DNA of 60,470 nucleotides from an uncultured Demequinaceae bacterium (lineage in GTDB: Bacteria; Actinomycetota; Actinomycetes; Actinomycetales; Demequinaceae), in contig CAZRHL010000001.1 in the NCBI GenBank assembly GCA_964600005.1, positions 1 to 60,470 of the forward strand, given 5' to 3'. Of the stretch, positions 1-7,209 are shown one piece after another. A model generated the notes under the pieces. It worked only from the letters and a program-made list of their open reading frames with translations. It did no database searches and was not told where the DNA came from. The position numbers and the translations under genes were made by a program. Each line of letters starts with the position of its first letter. The first letter of the stretch is position 1.

Positions 1-114
1 GCGCAATCTCGTAACAGGAGTCATCGGGCGGCGTTGCTCGACGTCCTGGACAATCTCCTGGAGCTCGGCGTCTACGGCGTCGACGAAGCGATCGCAGAAG
101 CTGAGCGGCTATAG
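1..114 (+). CDS. 3' end of a gene entering from the left (partial; probable island cargo)
   Basis: Frame 1 is open from base 1: AQSRNRSHRAALLDVLDNLLELGVYGVDEAIAEAERL, TAG at 112-114. It reads as an amphipathic helical C-terminus; product not identifiable. Confidence 0.55.
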   Translation, partial: AQSRNRSHRAALLDVLDNLLELGVYGVDEAIAEAERL

Positions 115-163
115 ACCCTGTAGACCGACTGCGGCAAGCGAGCGGAAGGTTGAGAGTTTGGGC

Positions 164-427
164 TTAGGTGATCCGCTGACCCTGTGGCCTGACCGAGACG
201 CCAGCTTGTTTGAGGATGCGCAGAACGGTGGCCTTCGCGATGGCGAACTCATCGGCGCAGGCTTGCGCGCTACAGGAGCCGGACTGATAGCGGGTAATGA
301 CTTGCCGACGTAGGTCGTTGGTGACACGAGTCCGGCTGGAGGTACGCGGTTGTTCGTCCCTCCTCCGAGCGGAAGTCTCCGGAGGGGCGGCTCGGGTGAT
401 GATCTTGGCCTCCGCCAGGACTACCAC
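164..427 (-). CDS. Small helix-turn-helix protein at putative island border
   Basis: 87 aa with an HTH-like C-terminal half (RRQVITRYQSGSCSAQACADEFAIAKATVLRILKQAGV). The only possible start is GTG 427-425 (in-frame TGA at 466-464); no SD or -10 upstream. Confidence 0.6.
   Translation of the reverse strand: MVVLAEAKIITRAAPPETSARRRDEQPRTSSRTRVTNDLRRQVITRYQSGSCSAQACADEFAIAKATVLRILKQAGVSVRPQGQRIT
412..426 (+). mobile_element. Putative attR: duplicated 3' end of a tRNA marking the right boundary of an integrated element
   Basis: CCGC-CAGGACT-A-CCA fits T-stem 3' strand + 7-nt acceptor strand + discriminator + CCA. No T-loop or rest of a tRNA upstream; a terminator hairpin follows immediately. 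Confidence 0.5.
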
Positions 428-432
428 TCGGC

Positions 433-464
433 AAGGCCCGGATCCTGTGGATCCGGGCCTTTGT
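433..464 (+). terminator. Intrinsic terminator hairpin
   Basis: Perfect 13-bp inverted repeat AAGGCCCGGATCC-tgt-GGATCCGGGCCTT (433-461) with a short T-rich tail. Confidence 0.75.
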
Positions 465-634
465 CATGTGCCGTGTGGTGTGCAGCGTGTGCCATCGCCG
501 ATACTGCATGAGGGTTCTTGTGGGCACTTTGGGGCGTACTTCCCAATTGAAGTGTTGACCTTACGCACGAGTTGGCCGATGGGCATACTGGAAACCGTTG
601 CGCTCAATGCGCGACCGGGCAGGTAGGAGCCGGT

Positions 635-3600
635 GTGTCACGGTGGGTGCTAGGCGCAGGCAAGAAAGCCTTGCCGGTGCACTTGGTCATGGCCGGGTGC
701 TATGTCCTTGCCGTGCTCGCAGGCCGCCTCAACGCTGCGCCTGAAACCGGCATCGCTCTCATCTGGCCCGCGGCGGGCATGGGTGTGTTGTGGGTCTTTC
801 TCGCCGCGCGACACCGCGTGGGCGTCTTCGTCGCCGTGCTCGGGATCGGCATCGCTTCGGGTCTCATCAATGCGTTCACCGGCACGGGCGGCTTTCTTGG
901 CGTGATCTATGCCGTGTCGAATGCGGGACAGTCCTGGGTGGCGCTCGTCGTCTTCCGCCATATCCAGAAGCGCATCGGCCGTTCGACGTGGTGGCGGATG
1001 CGGGCGGTGACGGACATCGTTGCTCTCAGCGCTGCTGCTGTCGCCGGTGTCGGTTCGGTGCTGCTCTTGGCGCCGGCGGCCACCTCAATCGTCAATGACC
1101 TCGACTACGTTCCGGTCGCCGCCGTATGGCTGTTGCGCAATGTTGCGGGCATCCTCCTCATCGTGCCGCTCGCAATGCGCTTGCTCGACCCTCGTCTCAA
1201 GCCCGCTTCGCGGATCGAGAATGCGTGGCGCCAGCGGACCCCCGAACTCATCGCCATCCTCATCCTCACGGCAGTGACATACACCGCTGTCTACGGCACG
1301 TCATCGGCCTTCACCTTGTCGTTCCTGCCAATGGGGCTGACGATCTGGGCGGCGGTTCGCCTCGACACCACGGTGGCGGGGATGCATGCGCTGCTGTCAA
1401 GTGCGCTCGTCGTGGTGCTCACTCTTGTCGGTCTTGGCCCATTCGCTGAGCTCGAGGCCTTCGACCGTGCGCTCGTTGCGCAGGCGTATGTGGTCGCATA
1501 CCTCGTCTTCACATGGCTCATCGCGTCGCAGCGGGATGAGCTCGCGGGTCTTCTCGATGACGTTCGAAGTTCACGTGCGGAAGTGATGAAGCAGGCTGAA
1601 CTCCTGCGGTCGCTCTTCTCAACGTCACGGGATGCGATCTCGGTGTTCGACGCAGAGGGCAAGCTGCTCATGCGCAATGCGGCGGCCGTCGACCTGTTCA
1701 AGGGCGTCCCGGAAGGTGCACGGGCGAACGACCCGGGCGTGCTGAGCATGTTCTTCCGCTTGAGCGACGGCTCGCCCGTCAACCCGGAGAATGCGCCATT
1801 CAGCCGGATCTCGCGCGGTGAGTCCGTCGTCGGCTCGGAAGTCGGCATGATGCGTGATGGCGAGAAGCGCATTGTCAACATCACCGCCTCCGCTTTGCCT
1901 CCCGTCGGCGGTGAGATCGGCGGCTCAGTCATCATCGCCCGTGATGTGACCGAAGCGCGTGCCGCACAGGCGGAGATCGCTCGCGCGCGTGATGACTACG
2001 AGATGCTGCTCGCTGCCGCGACCGAGCAGGCAATCCTTGCGTGCTCTCCGGATGGCACGATTCGCCTCGCGAACAAGGGTGCGGAGACCGTGCTGGGTCG
2101 CCCGCCGGCAGAACTCGAAGGCTCCAACATCGTCGATGTGCACGAGCCTGAGCATCTGGCGGCGGTGGCCGCTGAGCTGGGTGTCGCGCCCGATGACGTT
2201 CACGCTGAGCTCGCGCGCCGAGACCTCTCGGGCGCGCGGCGTTGGCATGTCGTCGGTGACGGCTCTTCCGTCGTGTCGATGACGGTCACCTCGACTCCGG
2301 ACGGCGGCTTCATGTGCGTCGCATGGGATGTGACAGCGCAAGTGGAGAGCGAGGACCGCTTGCGGGTTTCGGAAGCGCGCTTTCGTCAGGCCTTCGACAC
2401 CGCGCCCATCAGCATGTTCATCGTCAGCCTCGATGAGCCCGACACGGGCACTGTCCTTGAGACGAACGCGACGGCGATCATCTTCACCGGCCGCGACCGG
2501 GACGACCTCACGGGCGCGTCCTTCGCCTCGCTCATCCATGATGACGACGCCGAGACCGTGGATCGGTGGATTGCCGCATGTGCTGAGGGGCACAAGGCGC
2601 AGGTGCGTGGCGAGGTCCGTTTCGGTCCCCATGCCGCTGGAGTCTCGTGGGGAATGGTGTCGGCATCGGTCGTCCACCTTGAGACGCGTCAGCCAGGACA
2701 GCGGGCGCGGTACCTGTTGTGCCTCGTCGAGGACATCACCGCCCGCCGCGCCGCCGAAGATGCACTCGTCCGTCAAGCGTTGCATGACGACCTCACAGAC
2801 TTGCCCAACCGGGTGCTGCTCCACGACCGGCTCGATTTCTCGCTGCGCTCGATCGCCGATGACAAGCACCGCCGCGTTGGCATCCTGTTCTGTGACCTCG
2901 ATGGCTTCAAAGACGTCAACGACGCCTATGGGCACAGCACCGGAGACGAGGTGCTGCGTGAGGTCGCGCAACGCTTCTCACGTGCTGTTGACGCGCATGA
3001 CACGGTGGCGAGGCTCGGCGGCGACGAGTTCGCCGTCGTCCGCCCGGACGTCACCGACGAGGAGTCATTGGCCGCGCTCGCGCACCGTCTCATCGACACC
3101 CTCCGCGAACCGGTGCTGTCGACTCGCGGCACGCACCACTTGGGGGTGTCGATCGGCATGGTGACTGGCGGCGCGAACGCGCAGACCGAAGCGTTGCTTG
3201 CCCACGCCGATGCGGCGATGTACCAGGCCAAACGTGAAGGCAAGAATCGTGTCCACCGCTACGACGCGACGCTGCTCGCCAAGAGCGTGCGCACCACCAG
3301 GCTCGTTCCGGAGCTGATGCGCGCTCTTGAGGAAGGCGAGTTCGTCATGTACGGCCAGCCGGTGGTGTCATTGCGCACCGGCGCTGTCGAGTCGCTCGAG
3401 ATGTTGCTGCGGTGGGATTCGCCCGAGCGCGGGCTCATTCCGCCGGGAGAGTTCCTTGATGTCCTCGAGGCGAGTGCGCTCATGGTGCCCGTCGGCATCC
3501 ATGTGCTGCACGAATCCTGCCGCATCGCGGCGAGCTTGCCGCCGGCGGCAGACGGCACGCTCCCTGCGGTCCATGTCAATGTCTCGGGCAGGCAGCTGAC

Positions 3601-4102
3601 GTCGGGCGACTTCACGACATCCGTGAGCGATGCCCTCAAGGAGACGGGTCTTGACCCGAACCGCCTCATCCTTGAGCTCACAGAGACGCATATGCCGCAA
3701 CTGACGTTGCCGTTGCTCACTGACCTCGCCGTCCTGCGAGAACAGGGCGTGCGAATTGCTCTTGACGACCTCGGCACGGGTTACTCATCGCTTGCTCGCC
3801 TCACCGAGCTGCCGATCGACGTTCTCAAGGTCGACCGCGGCTTCGTGTTGGGCATCGGCGCTGACGATCGCTGCGACGCCGTGGTGCGCGCAGTTGTCGG
3901 CATGGGTGACGCGATGGGCGTCGATGTGGTGGCTGAAGGTGTGGAGACCGCCGAGCAGGCGGCTGAGCTTGTGCGGCTCGGCTGTCCGTACGCGCAGGGC
4001 TACTTCTTTGCGCGGCCGCAACCCGAAGCTGACCTCACCCGCGTGGTGTCGACAACGTATGACCTTGCCACCGGCGAAGCGATCTCGGATCGAGCCGCCT
4101 GA
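635..4102 (+). CDS. Membrane-bound diguanylate cyclase/phosphodiesterase (MASE1-PAS x3-GGDEF-EAL)
   Basis: Multi-TM N-terminus with IWPAAG (MASE1-like), PAS/PAC repeats, HDDLTDLPNR, DLDGFKDVND, RLGGDEF; EAL domain with EMLLRW, DDLGTGYSSL, LKVDR, VAEGVET, QGYFF. Start moved to GTG 635 after AGGAG at 625-629. Confidence 0.92.
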   Translation: MSRWVLGAGKKALPVHLVMAGCYVLAVLAGRLNAAPETGIALIWPAAGMGVLWVFLAARHRVGVFVAVLGIGIASGLINAFTGTGGFLGVIYAVSNAGQSWVALVVFRHIQKRIGRSTWWRMRAVTDIVALSAAAVAGVGSVLLLAPAATSIVNDLDYVPVAAVWLLRNVAGILLIVPLAMRLLDPRLKPASRIENAWRQRTPELIAILILTAVTYTAVYGTSSAFTLSFLPMGLTIWAAVRLDTTVAGMHALLSSALVVVLTLVGLGPFAELEAFDRALVAQAYVVAYLVFTWLIASQRDELAGLLDDVRSSRAEVMKQAELLRSLFSTSRDAISVFDAEGKLLMRNAAAVDLFKGVPEGARANDPGVLSMFFRLSDGSPVNPENAPFSRISRGESVVGSEVGMMRDGEKRIVNITASALPPVGGEIGGSVIIARDVTEARAAQAEIARARDDYEMLLAAATEQAILACSPDGTIRLANKGAETVLGRPPAELEGSNIVDVHEPEHLAAVAAELGVAPDDVHAELARRDLSGARRWHVVGDGSSVVSMTVTSTPDGGFMCVAWDVTAQVESEDRLRVSEARFRQAFDTAPISMFIVSLDEPDTGTVLETNATAIIFTGRDRDDLTGASFASLIHDDDAETVDRWIAACAEGHKAQVRGEVRFGPHAAGVSWGMVSASVVHLETRQPGQRARYLLCLVEDITARRAAEDALVRQALHDDLTDLPNRVLLHDRLDFSLRSIADDKHRRVGILFCDLDGFKDVNDAYGHSTGDEVLREVAQRFSRAVDAHDTVARLGGDEFAVVRPDVTDEESLAALAHRLIDTLREPVLSTRGTHHLGVSIGMVTGGANAQTEALLAHADAAMYQAKREGKNRVHRYDATLLAKSVRTTRLVPELMRALEEGEFVMYGQPVVSLRTGAVESLEMLLRWDSPERGLIPPGEFLDVLEASALMVPVGIHVLHESCRIAASLPPAADGTLPAVHVNVSGRQLTSGDFTTSVSDALKETGLDPNRLILELTETHMPQLTLPLLTDLAVLREQGVRIALDDLGTGYSSLARLTELPIDVLKVDRGFVLGIGADDRCDAVVRAVVGMGDAMGVDVVAEGVETAEQAAELVRLGCPYAQGYFFARPQPEADLTRVVSTTYDLATGEAISDRAA

Positions 4103-4116
4103 ACGTGAGATGAACG

Positions 4117-4148
4117 CCGCACGGTGACGCCGCGGCCAAACCGTGCGG
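4117..4148. terminator. Inverted repeat (terminator or operator) between the GGDEF-EAL gene and the APC permease promoter
   Basis: CCGCACGGT-N14-ACCGTGCGG; no U-tract; ends 5 bp before a TAGTCT -10. Confidence 0.4.
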
Positions 4149-4165
4149 AGCATTAGTCTGCACAC

Positions 4166-5407
4166 GTGAAGCAGGCGCAACCGTCCCCTCGACTCGGCCT
4201 CGTGTCCGCCACCGGCATCGGCGTCGGATCGATGCTTGGTGCGGGCGTCTTCGTCGTGTGGAGCCCTGCGGCACACGCCGCGGGAGCTTGGCTGCCGATC
4301 TCGGTCGTCATCGCGGCGACGATCGCCGTCATCAACGCCTTGTCGACTGCTCATCTCGCCGCTCTTCACCCGGTTGCAGGAGGCGCGTACACCTATGGAA
4401 GACGCGAACTGCGCGGGCCATGGGGCTTTGTCGCGGGAGCTGGATTCGTCACCGGCAAGACGGCGTCTCTTGCCGCGATGGGGCTCGCGATCGGGAGTCA
4501 CACAGCGCCCGGGCATGCGCAGTGGGTCGCGACCGCGGTGCTCATCGGTGCCTGGGTGCTCAATGCGATGGGCGTCAATCGCACCGCTGCGGTGACGACC
4601 CTTGTCGCGGTGATCGTTGCGGTGGGGCTGCTCGCTCTCGCAGGGGCATCCCTCGCCGCGCCTGCAGCGCCGGCAGCTGCCGCGGCGGACGTGGGCGTGA
4701 CGGGGGTCGCCGAAGGCGCGGCACTCGTGTTCTTCGCCTTCGCTGGCTATGCCCGGCTCGCAACACTCGGCGAGGACGTGCGCGATCCCGAACGCGTCAT
4801 TCCGCGCGCTGTAGCTGTGGCGGTCGGCATCGTCGTGGCCATCTATGTGCTGCTCGCCTTCGTGGTGTTGCGCAGGCCGGGAGCGTCCCATCTCGCCGAC
4901 GTTGACGCGCCTCTTGCCGAGGCGGCCCCAGCTGGTGGGGCATGGCCGCACGTGATCGGGTTATTGGCCGTTGCGGCTGCGGGTGGGGCGCTCGTCGCGC
5001 TCTTGGCGGGAGTCGGCCGGACGGCGATGGCGATGGCACGCGGTGGCGACGTGCCGACAGTGCTCGCTCACCGCAACCGCAAGGACGTCCCCGTTGTCGC
5101 TGAAGGCGTCGCAGTGTCGGCCGCGATTGCGCTCGTCTGGTGGGGCAACGTCGGCTTCGCCATTGCGATGTCGAGTGCGGCAGTGCTTGCCTACTACGCC
5201 GTCTCGAATGCGGCCGCGATGGCAGCGCGCCGCCGTGGGGCACGCATGCCTGTGCCACCGCTGCTGTCAGGTCTGGGCGCCGCCGTATGCGTCGCTCTTG
5301 CCGCATCCCTCGAGCCCCGTGCGCTCGCCGCAGCGGGAGCGGTGATGGCGGTCACCCTGTTGGGGAGATCACTGCGTCGTTCGCGAGGCGGCCGTCCGCA
5401 AGCCTGA
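4166..5407 (+). CDS. APC-family amino acid permease
   Basis: GSMLGAGVF (TM1), GGAYTY and FFAFAGY (TM6) motifs; about 11-12 TM segments; leaderless TAGTCT-N6-GTG. Confidence 0.88.
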   Translation: MKQAQPSPRLGLVSATGIGVGSMLGAGVFVVWSPAAHAAGAWLPISVVIAATIAVINALSTAHLAALHPVAGGAYTYGRRELRGPWGFVAGAGFVTGKTASLAAMGLAIGSHTAPGHAQWVATAVLIGAWVLNAMGVNRTAAVTTLVAVIVAVGLLALAGASLAAPAAPAAAAADVGVTGVAEGAALVFFAFAGYARLATLGEDVRDPERVIPRAVAVAVGIVVAIYVLLAFVVLRRPGASHLADVDAPLAEAAPAGGAWPHVIGLLAVAAAGGALVALLAGVGRTAMAMARGGDVPTVLAHRNRKDVPVVAEGVAVSAAIALVWWGNVGFAIAMSSAAVLAYYAVSNAAAMAARRRGARMPVPPLLSGLGAAVCVALAASLEPRALAAAGAVMAVTLLGRSLRRSRGGRPQA

Positions 5408-6074
5408 TCGTGAGATCTGCGGCCTCCATGAGGCTGGGGTCGTGGGTCGAGATGAGGGCGGTCATGCCCTGTGCGGACACGACATCCTTGAGCAGAGTGA
5501 GAATCTGCGTTCCGGTGTCGGCGTCAAGCTGACCGGTGGGCTCATCGGCGATAAGCAGTCGCGGCTGCCCTGCCAATGCGCGTGCGATGGCGACGCGCTG
5601 CTGCTGGCCGCCCGAGAGCTCCGCTGGTCGCTGCAGGCCGTGACCTGCAAGGCCCACCATGTCGAGAAGCTCAGCGACGCGAGCCTCGCGCTCGGCGGGC
5701 CGCATGCCCGTGAGACGCAGGGGCAGGCCGACGTTCTCGATCGCAGTGAGCATCGGCACGAGCCCAAAGGTCTGGAACACGAAAGACACGCGCTCGCGGC
5801 GCATCGCCGTGCGCTGGCGCTCCGACATCCGTGTCACATCAGCGCCGTCCACGAGGATCGTGCCGCTCGTGGGTCGGTCAAGGCCGCCGATGCAGTTGAG
5901 AAGAGTGGTCTTGCCCGAACCGGACCGGCCGGCAAGAGCAACGACCGCACCGGCCGGGACGACGACGGAGACGTCATCGACCGCGGTGACGGCGGAGGAG
6001 CCCGAGCCATAGCGGCGGGTGACGTGGTCGACCACGACCATCGGCGTGGCCTCGACGGTGGATGGCTCAGTCAT
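5352..6074 (-). CDS. ABC transporter ATP-binding protein (MacB/LolD/FtsE type)
   Basis: [28 protein letters not shown]. True start ATG 6074 (MTEPSTVE) overlaps the upstream stop. Confidence 0.92.
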   Translation of the reverse strand: MTEPSTVEATPMVVVDHVTRRYGSGSSAVTAVDDVSVVVPAGAVVALAGRSGSGKTTLLNCIGGLDRPTSGTILVDGADVTRMSERQRTAMRRERVSFVFQTFGLVPMLTAIENVGLPLRLTGMRPAEREARVAELLDMVGLAGHGLQRPAELSGGQQQRVAIARALAGQPRLLIADEPTGQLDADTGTQILTLLKDVVSAQGMTALISTHDPSLMEAADLTIRLADGRLANDAVISPTG

Positions 6075-7200
6075 TGTGCTCTCCCGGGGGAAGCCAGGGC
6101 ATATGTGGCGGCGGTGGTGCGACGTCGGGCTCGTCGCGAGCGAAGAGCGGAGCGGGCGGCGCGTACGGATCGTCCGACGCTGGCTCGGGCTCGGGCGCGA
6201 ACACCTCGGGGACATGCGGCGCAGCCGCCTCGGGCGCATCAGCGGACTGCGCGTATGTGTGTGGGGCGACCGGCGCGGTCGCAGGCGGCTCAGCTCGCGG
6301 CGCGCTCGGTGTCTTGTCGTTCCAGACACCGATGTGATCGGACTCGAGCTCGAGCCGCACACGATCGCGCAGCTGCAGCGCATCACGGTAGTCCGCAGGG
6401 AGCTGGAGGCGCCCGGCGCGGTCGAGCACCGCGTACTCCTCATGGGATGTATGCATGATGCCGTCCTCGCCCATCTTTGTGCGGCGCACCACTTCGGTGG
6501 ACGTGCGGCCGTCGCGGATGGCGATGGTGCGCTGGACCTGCGAACTGACGGCGTGGTCGTGGGTGACGACGACGACGGTGGCGCCGAGGTCCTTGTTGGC
6601 CGAGCGGAGGGCCTCAAAGACGTCGTCACCGGTAGCGGAGTCGAGTTCGCCGGTCGGCTCATCCGCAAAGATCACTTGCGGGTTGTTCGCAAGGGCGACC
6701 GCAATCGAGACTCGCTGCTGCTCGCCGCCGGAGAGCTGGTGAGGGCGCCGGTGCGCCTTCCCTGCCATCCCCATGGCCTCGAGCAGCTCCATTGCGCGGC
6801 GCGACCGCATCCGGGGCCCCGTCCCCGCGAATGACATCGGCATCATGACGTTCTCTTTCGCGGACAGGTACGGCAAGAGGTTGCGGGCGGTCTGCTGCCA
6901 CACGAATCCCACCACCGACCGGCGGTAGGTGAGACGGTCGGCATGCGACATGCGGAGCAGATCCCAGTCCGCCACCCGCGCCGCGCCCGCCGTTGGCACA
7001 TCGAGACCTGACAAGACATTGAGCAACGTCGACTTGCCGGAGCCGGACTGGCCGACGATTGCGATCATCTCGCCCTTGTCGACGAGCAGGTCAAGGCCTT
7101 GAAGTGCCTGCACCTCGATGTTCTCCACCTGGTAAATGCGCACCAAGTTGTCACATGCGATGAGTGCATCTCCGCCGAAGGCATCGACTGTTGTTGTCAT
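6067..7200 (-). CDS. ABC transporter ATP-binding protein with AbrB/MraZ-like C-terminal extension and Pro-rich tail
   Basis: GQSGSGKST, LSGGEQQR, IFADEPT, VTHD, then EEYAVLDRAGRLQLPADYRDALQLRDRVRLELE. Confidence 0.9.
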   Translation of the reverse strand: MTTTVDAFGGDALIACDNLVRIYQVENIEVQALQGLDLLVDKGEMIAIVGQSGSGKSTLLNVLSGLDVPTAGAARVADWDLLRMSHADRLTYRRSVVGFVWQQTARNLLPYLSAKENVMMPMSFAGTGPRMRSRRAMELLEAMGMAGKAHRRPHQLSGGEQQRVSIAVALANNPQVIFADEPTGELDSATGDDVFEALRSANKDLGATVVVVTHDHAVSSQVQRTIAIRDGRTSTEVVRRTKMGEDGIMHTSHEEYAVLDRAGRLQLPADYRDALQLRDRVRLELESDHIGVWNDKTPSAPRAEPPATAPVAPHTYAQSADAPEAAAPHVPEVFAPEPEPASDDPYAPPAPLFARDEPDVAPPPPHMPWLPPGEHND

Positions 7201-7209
7201 GACCTGCCC

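Noticed and set aside
350-426. Intact tRNA gene
   Set aside because: No TTCRA T-loop, D-arm or matching 5' acceptor strand; only a 3' remnant.
6075-6668. N-terminal extension of ORF 5352..6668
   Set aside because: Out-of-frame overlap with the upstream ATPase; the real start is ATG 6074.
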